From the NCBI GenBank assembly GCA_963920595.1, contig OY986946.1, forward strand, positions 4,216,001 through 4,280,000: a DNA stretch of 64,000 nt. Direction: 5' to 3'. The notes beneath the pieces were generated by a model, which was not told the origin of the DNA, did no database searches, and saw only the letters and a list, made by a program, of their open reading frames with translations. Positions 1 through 21,306 of this stretch are shown piece by piece. Each line of letters opens with the position of its first letter. Position 1 is the stretch's first letter. The position numbers were made by a program, and so were the translations under genes. The stretch comes from Eimeria praecox (taxonomy: Eukaryota).

Positions 1-9
1 AGCAGCACT

Positions 10-41
<32 letters not shown>

Positions 42-114
42 ACAAACTCAGTCCTACCCCAGAAGGCCATCCTCGTAGATCTTATTGGAGATGTTAAAGA
101 CAACCTTAGGAAAC

Positions 115-480
115 GTTTAGGGTTTAGGGTTTAGGGTTTAGGGTTTAGGGTTTAGGGTTAGGATCGGGGGTTTAGGGTTTGTGGTTGCCGCAGAACCCTC
201 AACAAACAGAACAGACGAGGGTTTAGGGTTTAGGGTTTAGGGTTTAGGGTTTAGGGTTTAGAGTATCAGTGCCAAGAAAAAGACAAAACCCTCATTTTAG
301 GGTTTAGTCTATAGGGTTTGGTGCTTAGGGTTTAGGGTTTAGGGTTTAGGGTTTAGGGTTTAGGGTCTGGGGCCAAGGCCGATACTCTCGAGACAAGGGC
401 AGCGCATGCGGCCCCGAACGAAGGTCTAGGGTTTAGGGTTTAGGGTTTAGGGTTTAGGGTTTAGGGTTTAGGGTTTAGGG
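115..480. repeat. Interstitial telomere-like (TTTAGGG)n arrays
   Basis: Several short GGGTTTA runs interrupted by unique sequence. Similar arrays in both orientations occur at about 1596-1980, 2155-2670, 3853-4450, 5618-5840, 7070-7120, 10575-10820, 11345-11672, 14005-14360, 15525-15572, 27970-29450, 30055-30102, 31127-31586, 44603-44653, 51390-51650, 54666-54722 and 58971-59010. Confidence 0.97.
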
Positions 481-625
481 TTTTAAGAGATAATCAAAGA
501 ATCCGGCGGCATTTCTAATATTTCGATTTAATTATAACGGTAAGGGCTGCAGCAGCAGCAGCAGCTGCAGCAGCAGCAGCAGCAGCAGCAGAGCAAGGGG
601 GCCCCACAGAAGACTAGCCATAGAT

Positions 626-657
<32 letters not shown>

Positions 658-734
658 TCCGTCTCCTACTTCAACTATTCTGCCGCTGCTGCCTGTACAC
701 CTGAAGTCGCTATAGAGCCTTCGGCGTCTGCTGT

Positions 735-782
<48 letters not shown>

Positions 783-806
783 CTGGTTTCTTAGAAGCCG
801 CAGCAG

Positions 807-971
807 ATGAACACGACTGCAGCAGCAGCAGGCTGCGTAGCAGCAGCAGGGGCAGCAGCGGGAAGAGCTGCTAGAAGATCTGCTGCTGCTGCTGCTGCAG
901 CAACAGCAGCAGCAGCATGTAGCCAAAGGGCAGCAGCCACAGCAGCTGCTGCAGCGAAGTCAGCTAGCCGA

Positions 972-1030
<59 letters not shown>

Positions 1031-1220
1031 ACCTTCCTCTGCTCATTTCCTCCTGACTTGCTGCAGCCGTCAGCAGCTGGTTATACACCGCAACATCAGC
1101 CTCAGCAGCAGCAGCAGCAGCAGCAGCAAGTACTCCCGCTGTCTCCTCAGCACTGCAGCAGCTAGCGAACAGCTGGACCCCCAACAACAGCAGCAGCAGC
1201 AGCAACAGCAGCAAGGAGCA

Positions 1221-1253
<33 letters not shown>

Positions 1254-1373
1254 GCAGCATCAGCTGCTGCCAGCAGCTCAGCGAATATATCTTCTTCTTC
1301 TTCAGAGCCGCTACCCGAGCAACAGCAGCACCACCAGCAGCAGCAGCAGCACCACCACCAGCACCAGCAGCAG

Positions 1374-1450
<77 letters not shown>

Positions 1451-3536
1451 GCAGCAGCAAGATCAGTATTTGTATGACGCCGAAGAAGAAATTCTAACAA
1501 AAGAAGAAAAACAAGAAAAAGAAGAATTAATAAAAATATTAACTCGAAAATTATCGGGGCCCCTAGCAGATGAGGACGGCAATGTACCCACAGGTTAACC
1601 CTAAACCCTAAACCCTAAACCCTAAACCCTAAACCCTAAACCCTAAACCCTAAACCCTAAACCCTAAACCCTAAACCCTAAACCCTAAACCCTAAACCCT
1701 ATTAACCCTAGTAACCCTAGTAACCCTATTAACCCTATTAACCCTATTAATCCTAGGAATTAATAAACCCTAGGAATTAATAAACCCTAGTCCTAAAACA
1801 TATTCTGTTTATATTGTTGTATTGTGTATGCTGGGGTTTTTTTATATTAGGGTTTAGGGTTTATGTAATGTTGTAAGGGTAACTTGTTTATATGTAGGGT
1901 TAATTGTTTATCTAGGGTTTAGGGTTTATCTAGGGTTTAGGGTTTATCTAGGGTTTAGGGTTTATCTAGGGTTTAGGGGTTGGCTCAGGATCTAGACGCC
2001 CTATAGCTATAGAGGTTGATGGCCCCTCACATTTTTATAGTGGGACGGAGGTTTACACAGCATATACAAAACTAAAACACAGGCTATTGACGAGGATGGG
2101 GTTTAGGGTTTTGCATGTACCCTACTTTGAATGGAGACGATTGAGGTTAGATACCCTAAACCCTAATTCATAAACCCTAATTCATAAACCCTAATTCATA
2201 AACCCTAATTCATAAACCCTAAGGGGTTTGTTATGAAGAACATATATACTTACAGATGAATCCGTGTGAATACATTGGAGGCTTCTCTTGCTGCTGCCAT
2301 AGGGTTTAGGGTTTAGGGTTTAGGGTTTAGGGTTTAGGGTTTGGTGGTGTTTGTAGGGGACAGAAGGAGAGAGAAGAGTACATGAGGAGAAAGCTGCAGG
2401 AGGAACCCTCGGAGTGGTTAGACCCGCAGGATGAGGCCTTCTACAATCAAAGAATGGGAGTGAGGGACTGGGGTTTAGGGTTTAGGGTTTAGGGTTTAGG
2501 GTCTAGGGTTTAGGGGTTAGGGTCTAGGGTTTAGGGTTTAGAGTCTAGGGTTTAGGGTATGGGGTTTAGGGCCTAGAGTTTAGGGTTTAGGGTTTAGGGG
2601 TGTCTCTCTCCTGTATGAGGGGGACAACGAGAGACTAGGGTTTAGGGTTTAGGGTTTAGGGTTTAGGGTTTGGTGCTGCCTGTGCTGTCTGTCTTGTTGA
2701 CAGCTGCTGCAGCAGCAATACAAACAAGAGCTAGAGCGCCAAAACACACGCAAGGAGCAGCAGCCGCAGCAGCAGCAGCAGCAGCCGCAGCAGCAGCAGC
2801 AGCAGCCGCAGCAGCAGCAGGATAGAATGCAGACTCCGCAGCAGCAGCAGCAGCAGCGCTCATCTCCAAATCCAACGCAGCAGCAGCAGCAGCAGCATCA
2901 GTGGCAGCAGCAGCAGCAGCCGCAGCAGCAGCAGCAGAACCCTTGGCAGCCGCAGTGGCAGCAGCAGCAGATGCAGCAGCCACAGTGGCAGCAGCAGCAG
3001 CAGCCACAGTGGCAGCAGCAGCAGCCTCAGCAGTGGCAGCAGCAACAGCAGCCGCAGTGGCAGCAGCAACAGCAGCCGCAGTGGCAGCAGCAGCAGCCAC
3101 CGCAGTGGCAGCAGCAGCAGCCTCAGTGGCAGCAGCAGCAGCCTCAGTGGCAGCAGCAGCCTCAATGGCAGCAGCAGCAGCAGCCTCAATGGCAGCAGCA
3201 GCAGCAGCCTCAGTGGCAGCAGCAGCAGCCGCAGTGGCAGCAGCAGCAGCAGCAGCCTCGGCTGCAGCAGCAGTGGAATCCCCAGCAGCCATACCAGCAG
3301 CAGCCTTGGCAGCAGCAGCAGCAGCAGCCGTGGCAGCAGCAGCAGCAGCCGTGGCAGCAGCAGCAGCAGCCGTGGCAGCAGCAGCAGCAGCAGCAGCCGT
3401 GGCGGCAGCAACAGCAGCCGTGGCAGCAGCAGCAGCAGCCACAGGAGCAGCAGCAGCAGCGGGCAGCAGCAGCAGATACTGCGGAACAGCAGCAACAGCA
3501 GCAGGATGAAGCACGCACACCAGAGGCTACAGCCCC

Positions 3537-3579
<43 letters not shown>
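807..3579 (+). CDS. RAP-domain RNA-binding protein, probably mitochondrial; 4 exons, about 640 aa
   Basis: Exons 807-1593, 1989-2145, 2357-2459 and 2704-3579, all GT-AG with matching phases. Exon 2, absent from the ORF track, reads [48 protein letters not shown], which fits the RAP consensus (IEVDGPxHF...KxRxL...G.xV..VPx.EW). The N-terminus is Arg/Ser/Ala-rich and acid-free, like a presequence. Confidence 0.88.
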
Positions 3580-3591
<12 letters not shown>

Positions 3592-4490
3592 CAGCAGCAG
3601 CAAAGATAGGGTTTAGCTCGCAGTGAGGTAGATATGCTAGCAGCAGTTTGTTGTTGTCTCTCTGCTGTCTTAGCTGCGGCGTCAGCCCATCTGCTGTTGC
3701 TGTTGCTGCTGCTGCTGCTGCTGCTGTAGCAGCAGCAGCAGCAGCAGCAGCAGCAGAGAAGCAGCTGTTTATACACTCGAACAGCAACAGGAACGGCGAC
3801 AGCCCCTCGGCTTAACATGTTTGGCAGCCGCCATCCAAAATAAATTGTTGAAGGTTTAGGGTTTAGGGTTTAGGGTTTAGGGTTTAGGGTTTAGGGTTTA
3901 GGGTTTAGGGTTTAGGGTTTAGAGGTGACCTGTGCCACGATAGCGGCTGAGGGTCGAGCTAAGGTGGGGGGTAGCTTAGATCTAGGGTTTAGGGTTTAGG
4001 GTTTAGGGTTTAGGGTTTAGGGTTTAGAGGATAGTTTAAAGTTTAGGGTTTATATTTATATCCCAAAGTTAATTGCAACGACAATCAGCGCAAAACAAAC
4101 AAAAACCCTAAACCCTAAACCCTAAACCCTAGCTAGGACTGTCCGGGGGCCTCCCGATCTGTCGCCTGTGTCTCGAGGGTTTAGGGTTTAGGGTTTAGGG
4201 TTTAGGGTTTAGGGTTTGGCTAGCCCTCCCTAACAAACCCTTTTAATTTATATCCACGTTGTTTGCGGATTTTAGGGTCAAAGACTTAGGGTTTAGGGTT
4301 TAGGGTTTAGGGTTTAGGGTTTAGGGTTTAGGGTTTAGGGTTTATGGGTGTCTTACGGGGGGGCCCCCCCCACCTGATCTTCGAGGCTGCGAGCCTCGAC
4401 CTCTATTAACCCTAAACCCTAAACCCTAAACCCTAAACCCTAAACCCTAAACTACTTTGCTCTCTGTACACATGGAGACAGCAGCAGCAT

Positions 4491-4547
<57 letters not shown>

Positions 4548-4839
4548 TAGCAGCAACACGGGGGTTCTGTGTCTTCCCTGCAGTCTCCAGCCAGATAAAC
4601 GGGGGGCCCCCCGGGGGGCCCCCCGTCAAGCAGACAGGATGAAGCGCTGCCTCCGCAGAAGTGCTGCTGCAGCAGCAGGATTAGCAGCAGCAACAGCAGC
4701 AGCAGCAGCAGCAGCAGCTGCTGCTGCACCCCCTGCAGCAACAGCAGCAACAGCAGCAAAGCCAGCAGCAGCAACAGCAGCAGCAACAGAGAAGAAATGG
4801 GGCTCAGGGACAGGCCTGCTAATGCTGCTGCAGCAACAG

Positions 4840-13519
<8,680 letters not shown>

Positions 13520-13521
13520 TG

Positions 13522-13555
<34 letters not shown>

Positions 13556-13783
13556 AGCAGCAGGAGAGAGAAAGCAGCAGCAGCAGGAGACAGAGAGCAG
13601 GCAGCAGCAGCAGCAGCAACAGAAGAGAAGCAGCAGCAGGAGAAGACAGAGCACCTAAAAGATATATTGAGAAGAAGTTGCTTTCAATTATAGAAAAGGA
13701 GACAGTATTGTATCTCCTTTAATTGAAAAGGAGACAGACACCATATACATTTTACATTTAAAATATATAAGCAGCTAATCCTA

Positions 13784-13980
13784 CATGCATGCATGCATGC
13801 ATGCATGCATGCATGCATGCATTTAGGGTTTTCTTGGGGCTTTCTGGCCCTTTAATTAAAGGCCCCCTTCAACCCCCAAACCCCCCTTCTCTCCCTCCCC
13901 CCCCCCCCCCCCCCCATGCATGCATGCATGCATGCATGCATGCATGAAGATGGGGCTGCATGCATGCATTTTTGCATGCG
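13784..13980. repeat. (TGCA)n / TGCATGCA palindromic arrays flanking a poly-C run
   Basis: Arrays at about 13784-13822, 13915-13946 and 13957-13968, downstream of the ArgRS stop codon. TGCATGCA is a known over-represented apicomplexan motif and ApiAP2 site. Confidence 0.92.
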
Positions 13981-14746
13981 CTTGCAGCGCAGCGACCCCA
14001 ACAACCTAAACCCTAAACCCTCGAGGGCCCCTTCTAGGGTTTAGGGTTCGAGGGTTTAGGGTTTAGGGTTAAACCCTCTACGCCCCTTCGCTTTCTTCTT
14101 CATCATCTTCAGTCCCTGCGCACCCACAAACCCTAAACCCTAAACCCTAAACCCTAAACCCTAAACCCCAATATCTAAACCCTAAACCCTAAACCCCAAT
14201 ATCTAAACCCTAAACCCTAAACCCCAATATCTAAACCCTAAACCCTAAACCCTCGGGCCCCCGACAATCCTGTTTACATCAACTGAAAGCTAAACCCTAC
14301 TGTATCCTTAAACCCACTTAGCCTTAAACCCTAAACCCTAAACCCTAAACCCTAAACCCTAGGCCTTGGGCTCACAATCAGTTTGTTCGGGGGTTTGTTG
14401 CATGCGTTTTTGTTTTTTTCTTCTTAATTCTTTTATTCTACTCGCTGACTTCAACAAAGACAAACTCTTCAAACCCTCTCTTCCAAATGAGGGGGCCCCC
14501 CCACGGGGGCCCCCTTTAGGGGTCTCAGGGCCCCCCCTCGAAGTCTCTTTAAATGAGGGGCCCCCCCACCCCACACTACAGGGTACACCACCACATACAC
14601 CTTCAGGGGCCCCCCAACGGGGGCCCCCTTTAGGGTTCTCAGGGGCCCCCCTCGAAGCCTCTTCACAAACCCTCTCTTGGGGTGCCTCCGTGTCTGGGGG
14701 CCCCCTGGGGGCCCCCAGAGGGGCCCCCACCTTTGTAGGCCCTCCT

Positions 14747-14946
14747 NNNNNNNNNNNNNNNNNNNNNNNNNNNNNNNNNNNNNNNNNNNNNNNNNNNNNN
14801 NNNNNNNNNNNNNNNNNNNNNNNNNNNNNNNNNNNNNNNNNNNNNNNNNNNNNNNNNNNNNNNNNNNNNNNNNNNNNNNNNNNNNNNNNNNNNNNNNNNN
14901 NNNNNNNNNNNNNNNNNNNNNNNNNNNNNNNNNNNNNNNNNNNNNN
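14747..14946. other. Assembly gap (200 N)
   Basis: Run of n flanked on both sides by GGGGGCCCCC-rich sequence. Confidence 1.
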
Positions 14947-15126
14947 GAGGGGCCCCCTGGGGGGCCCCCTGGGGGGCCCCCCAGGGGGCCCCCCAGACGG
15001 CTGCTTCGAGGTAAGTACGGCACGTAACTGCAGGAGGAGACAAAATCTTCTAGTCTTTCAGACACCTCCTGTATCTCATGCTGCTGCTGCTGCTGCTGCT
15101 GTTGCTGTTGATGCGGATGCTGTCCC

Positions 15127-15173
<47 letters not shown>

Positions 15174-15253
15174 TGCAGGGTCATAGCCACGCGATACCCA
15201 TTTAGGATATCCTGCTGTGTCTTGAGGGGATGATGCTGCTGAAGCAGCAGGAG

Positions 15254-15291
<38 letters not shown>

Positions 15292-15369
15292 ACAAGACGA
15301 GTCTGTCTCCTTGCTTCTGGCAGCTGCAAGAAGGAGACACGCCGTACTTCCTGCTGCCGCCCAGCCCTG

Positions 15370-15403
<34 letters not shown>

Positions 15404-15557
15404 TAGAGAAGCAACCGCCGCAGCAACAGCAGCAACAGCAGCAGCAACAGCAGCAGCAACAGCTGCAGAGACAGGCAAGCTGTGTTCTATTGTCGCTTAT
15501 CTTAAGGGCCTGAGACTGTTCGCTAGGGTTTAGGGTTTAGGGTTTAGGGTTTAGGGT

Positions 15558-15682
15558 TTAGGGTTTAGGGTTTGCTACGCACCGGCATGCAGGGCTCTCC
15601 GTTGTCAACAGCTGCTGCAGCAGCTGCTGCTGCTGTGTCTGTGGCTGCTTCTGTTGTTGCTGTTGCTGCCGTTTCTGCTGCT

Positions 15683-15737
<55 letters not shown>

Positions 15738-15789
15738 AAGCATCCCCTCCCCGTTTCTTCTTAGCATTCGCTGCTGCGTTAGCTGCGAT

Positions 15790-15820
<31 letters not shown>

Positions 15821-15878
15821 CCTTCTGCTGCTGCTCTACCTTCTGCTGCTGCTCCTGTACCTTCTGCTGCTCCTGTAC

Positions 15879-15912
<34 letters not shown>

Positions 15913-16461
15913 GTGTGTCTCCTCCTGTCTGACCTCCAACACTCTTTCTTAACAACGCTCTCAACGTGTGTGAAGCTACCTACTTCTACTTTGCTTGTCT
16001 TCTGCAGCACTACACGCTCAGGCCTACGCCTCAAAAACTGGGGGGGGCCCCCCTTACGTGCTGGGGGCCCCCCACTGGGGGCCCCCTCAGGAGGGGGCCC
16101 CCCAGCACGTAGGGGCCCCTCAGGGAGGGGCCCCCCATAGGGGGGCCCCCCATGGGGGGGCCCCCAGGGGCCCCCCTCTGCGAATTCTTCATCGTCAATG
16201 CTGCAGAATTCCTGCGAATCTAAGCTAAAATCTGCAGACATACAAAGTCTGCTGCTGCTGCTGCTACTGCTGCTGCTGCTGCTGCTGTACAAGTTATTGC
16301 TACTACCAGCAGCAGCAGCAGAAGCAGCGGCAGAAGCAGCAGCAGCAGGAAAGGAAGAGGAGATCCAGGGGGCCTCCTTGAGAACGCCACGCTGCTGCAG
16401 CTGCTTCGCTATCGTAGGTACAATCTGCTGCTCCTGCGGCGGCAGCGGCAGAGTATGGCGC

Positions 16462-16515
<54 letters not shown>

Positions 16516-16786
16516 ATGCTGCGGCTGCTCTTCATGTTGCTGCCGTTGTTGCTGCTGCTGCTGCTCCTGCTGCTGTTGTATTCACCGTAGCCTGCATCTG
16601 CTTCTGGGGGCCCCCCCCCTACATGTTGCTGCTGCATGTCTTGCTGCAGCAGCTGTACCTCGAGAAGGGGGCCCCCCAGGGTTATTTGCTGCTGCTTGTA
16701 TCTGCTGCTCTCTCCCTCTGCTGCTGCTAACAGCTGCAAGGATGGAGGGGCCCCCCAGGTAGCAGCAACTCGAGCACATTCCTCCA

Positions 16787-16821
<35 letters not shown>

Positions 16822-17087
16822 CCGTAGTCGCACAGCTGCTCTTGCTGCTGCTGCTGCAGATCCTCCTGCAGCTGCTGCTCTTGCTGCTGCTGCTGCTGCT
16901 GCTCTTGTTGCTGCTGCTGTTCGCGATATTCGGTGCTGCTGCCCCTCACGCATGAATCTACAGCGCCAGCACCAGAATCTGCTGCTGCAGCAGCAGCAGC
17001 AGCAGCAGCAGCCGCTGCAGCAGCAGCTGCTGCCTCTGCAGCTTCATAATCCCGAGGCCCTGAAGATGGAGACATCTCGCATTTCAT

Positions 17088-17120
<33 letters not shown>

Positions 17121-17535
17121 CAGCAGCTGCTGCTGTCTATACGCTTGCCAGGTACACTGTGATAGGGGGGCCCCCTCGAGGGTTGGGGGCCCCTCTGAAG
17201 AAGGCGGAGCTGCTGGGGGGGCCCCCCTTAAGACAGCAGCATCCGAATCTGCTGCTCGACATATCCGCAGTCTACTAAAATGATATGTAAGAAAAGAGGC
17301 GGGCTGCTGCTGCTGCTGCTGCTGCTGCTCCAGCTGCTGCTGCTGTTGCTGCTGCTGCTCCTGTTGCTGTTGCTGCTGCTGATGGTGCTGCTGCAGCTCC
17401 TGTTGCTGTTGCTGTTGCTGATGGTGATGCTCTTGCTGCTGTTGCTGCTGATGGCTGTGATGCTGCTGCTGCTGCTGCTGTTCCCCCTGCTGCTGCTGGT
17501 TCTCTTGCTGCTGTTGCTGCTGCTGTTGCTGCTGC

Positions 17536-17567
<32 letters not shown>

Positions 17568-17627
17568 CTGTTGCTCCTGTTTCGGGCGCCTGTAGTGCAG
17601 CAGCAGCAGCTGCTGCTGCGACTGTTG

Positions 17628-17664
<37 letters not shown>

Positions 17665-17842
17665 TCTCTGGGTTGCTGCAGCAGGGAACAGCTTTGCGGT
17701 GGCCCCTCGCTGGGGGCCCCCTTCATAGCAGCACCTAGATGAATACAAGCAGCAGAGAAGGGGGCCCCACACCCTCTACAAGAAGAGTCTGCTGCAGTTA
17801 GTCTCTCCTCACCCTTTAACAAGCCCAGATAACCTGCTGAAG

Positions 17843-17888
<46 letters not shown>

Positions 17889-18010
17889 TTGCTGCTGCTG
17901 CTGTTGCTGCTGCGGGCCCTGGGGGCCCCCAGGGTTTGTGATGGTGAATGCGCAGCTGTGGCAATCCTGCAGCAGAGGCCCTCTGTTGCTGCTGCTGTTG
18001 CTGCTGCTGT

Positions 18011-18041
<31 letters not shown>

Positions 18042-18974
18042 GTTGCTTCGGATGTTGCTGCTGCTGCTGCTGTTGCTGCAGCAGCAGCAGCAGCCGCAGC
18101 AACTTCGTCCCTCCCCCTGTCGGCCTGTTGCTTCCTGCCAATCTCCAAACACTAGCAACTCCTTCACAGCATCGCGTACTGCTGCTGCTGCTGCAGAGGG
18201 AAGCAGCAGCAGCACCTGCTGCAACGGCAGCTGCAGCAGCTCTTCCTCTCTAAGTAAATGTCTGCAGCAACCTGATGCTGAATGGGGGCCCCAACGGGCC
18301 TCGTAAGAAGCTGCCAAGCCGTTCCATGGGGGCCCCTCAGAGGGGCCCCCAAGGGGGCCCCTCTGAGGGGCCCCAGGATAAACGACTGGGGGCCCCCCAG
18401 CGGGGGCCCCCGGGGGTTCCCCAGGAGGGCCCCCAGCGGGGGCCCCAAGGGGGCCCCTAGCGGGTGCCCCAGGGGGGCCCCCAATAGGTTCCCCATGAGG
18501 CCCCCCAGCGGGGGCCCCAGGGGGGCCCCCAGATGGGACCCCAGGGGGGCCCCCAGCGGGGGCCCCATGAGGCTGTGTAGGAATATGATTTTGTATAAAA
18601 GGTTTTGTATGAGTCTTCAAGAGACGTGTTGAGCTCACTGAATGTTGTGGGGGCCTCTGGGGCCCCTCCCAGCTGTCTGTACGGTCCTCTGTACCCTCTG
18701 AGGGGCCCCCCAGGGGCCCCCCTGGGGGGCCGGCTGGGGCCCCCCCCCCAGCCGGCAGCAGCTGATGCTGCAGCAAATGCCTAGGTAGAGGGTCTTGGGG
18801 GCCCCTTAATCCCACCTCAGCTAGAGAAGGAGGAGGGCTCGGGTGTACATACACCTCACGCTTCATACTGTCCCCTTCAATCAATTTGGGGGGCCCCTCT
18901 GATTGCTGCTCGGGGGCCCCCGGGGGCCCCCCGGGGGCCCCCCCTGATGACGGCTCGCCACCTGATACAAACAT
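15558..18974 (-). CDS. Hypothetical Q/G/P-rich low-complexity protein; large exon, probably spliced to further exons toward about 14.4 kb
   Basis: 1138-codon ORF with non-repetitive islands (AAVRDAVKELLVFGDW, FLTYHFSRLRIC, KVEVGSFTHVESVVKKECW). It ends in a donor-like CG/GTGCGT at about 15580 followed by a CCCTAAA array. No domain recognised; the 3' end is unresolved because of the gap. Confidence 0.65.
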
Positions 18975-19040
18975 CAGCGGGGGGCCCCTCTGTCTTCATA
19001 TCTAAGTGGAAATGATGTGAAGAGACCCAGGCAGACTTTG

Positions 19041-19171
<131 letters not shown>

Positions 19172-19746
19172 TTGCTGCTGCTGTTGCTGCTGCTGTTGCT
19201 GCTGTTGCTGCTGCTGCTGTTGGTTGTGGTTGGACGGCCATAACACTGAAGCCCTGCACTGTAGAGGAGGTGAAGATACACCTGAATACAAATTAAAGTA
19301 TTTTGAGGAGAATAAGAAGAAGAAGAAACTCAAATAAAACAAACAAATAAAAGAAAGACAACAACAACAACAACAAAACTGCTGCCGGCTTCAGGTGTAC
19401 GTACACCCGGGTTGCTGCTGCAGCAGAGTATATTAATATTCTTGTTAAGTATTGTTTATTTTATCTTCTTCTTTGATTTAAATATATTATTAAATATTTA
19501 TGTAGATATAAAGAAGCTCTAAGAAGTGTGTATTATACTTGAGGTGTACATACACCCGAAGGCCCCCTCCTTCTTGTCTTTGTTTATATTTTAAGTTTGT
19601 TTATTTAAATATAATTTTTCTTCATTTTATTTTATTTGAATCTGCGAATTCAGAAATATTATTTAAATTGCTCCTTTATGTTGATATTAACCTCCTTTCA
19701 GCTGCTGCTGCTGTTGCTGCTGTTGCTGCTGCTGCTGGTGGCCCGG

Positions 19747-19784
<38 letters not shown>

Positions 19785-19921
19785 GTTGCAGCAGCAGCAG
19801 CTGCTATGTATGGCTGTCTGTTATTTTATAGAGAATATGTTTATATCTTAAGAGTAAATATATTATACAATAAAATAGAAGAACTCCTTTAACTGCAAGA
19901 TGCTGTTGCTGCAGACCAGTT

Positions 19922-19954
<33 letters not shown>

Positions 19955-20174
19955 GCAGCAGCAGCAGCAGCAGCAGCAGCAGCGGGAGCGTGCCGGTGGT
20001 ATTGTTGCTTGTGGATTCTGCCTCTAGAAGGAGGCATCTTCATTAAACTGTTTGTTTTTCTTTTTATTCTTAAATTGCTGCTGCTCCTTTAGATCTGCTG
20101 CTGCTGCTGCTGCGCCCTTGGGAGCAGCAGGCCGTCGATGTCTTGACCAGCAGCAGCAGCAGCAGCAGCAACAG

Positions 20175-20206
<32 letters not shown>

Positions 20207-20628
20207 ACAGCAGTAGCAGCAACAGCAAGGCCACTGCTGCAGCAGGACGCTGTTAACAGTCTCTAGGTGTCTGGGGAGTCAAAAGCAGCAGCAGCAGCAG
20301 CAGCAGCAGCAACTGCAGCGGGAACGCAGCAGCAGCAGGAACTGCAGCAAAGGCATCCGAAGATCAGCAGCAAAAACAGCAACAGAAGTAATAGCAGCAG
20401 AAGCAGCAGCAGCAGCAGCAGTTGCTGTTCTCGAGCAGCAGGAGCCGCAGCAGCAGCAGCTGCAGCAGCAGCAGCGGTCCTTGTGCTGCCTCTCTAGGCA
20501 GCAGATTCTGTGGGGAAGGAAGAGAAGCAGCAGCAGCAGCAGCAGCAACAGCAACAGCAGTAGCAGCAGCAGCAGGGTGCGTAGAAGAGGCAACGAGGAG
20601 AGCAGCAACTGCAGCACCAGACAAAGCA

Positions 20629-20676
<48 letters not shown>

Positions 20677-21067
20677 ATGGGTCGTCGGAAGGAGCAGGGG
20701 CCTTCTTCTGTCCCCTCCTCGAACAGATGGCAGCAGCAGCAGCAAGAGAAGCAGCAGCAGCAGCAGCAAGAGAAGCAGCAGCAGCAGCAGCAGCAGCAGG
20801 AGCAGGGGCCACAAACCCCACATGCTGCAGTGTCTCTGCAGCAGCTTCCGCGGGCGAGCAGAGGCGAGAGAAAGGATCCTGCTGCTGCTGCTGCTGCTAC
20901 TGCTGCTATTGCTGCTGCTGCTGCTGCTGAGCGTCATCCTGCTGCTGCTGCAGCAGCAGCAGCAGCAGCAGATTCAAACCTCAAAGAGAGACAAAGGGAA
21001 GCTGCTGCTCGCCCCTCAGACAAGTCAGCAGAGGTGTCTCCTTTAAGCAGCAGCAGCAGCAACAGGT

Positions 21068-21100
<33 letters not shown>

Positions 21101-21273
21101 AGTGCAGCAGGTGCAGCAGGTGCAGCAGCAGCAGCAGCAGCAGCAGCAAGTGCAGCAGGTGCAGCAGCAGCAGCAGCAGCAGCAGGAGTTCGCCTGTGTC
21201 TTGTGGGGAGTATCGAGATTGCTTTGATTCTGTCGCCTCTGCTGCTCCTTCTGCGGTGTCTGCTGAGGTGTCT

Positions 21274-21306
<33 letters not shown>

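Noticed and set aside
3577..3591. Five tandem TAG codons as a readthrough or recoding signal
   Set aside because: Simply a CAG-to-TAG variant amplified at the end of a CAG tract.
2663..3818. Antisense poly-Ala/Leu/Cys ORFs resembling antifreeze, metallothionein or keratin-associated proteins (many across the window)
   Set aside because: Alternative frames of CAG/CTG repeats, which lack stop codons.
115..4450. Chromosome end / true telomere
   Set aside because: The arrays are short, occur in both orientations, and sit in introns and spacers throughout the window.
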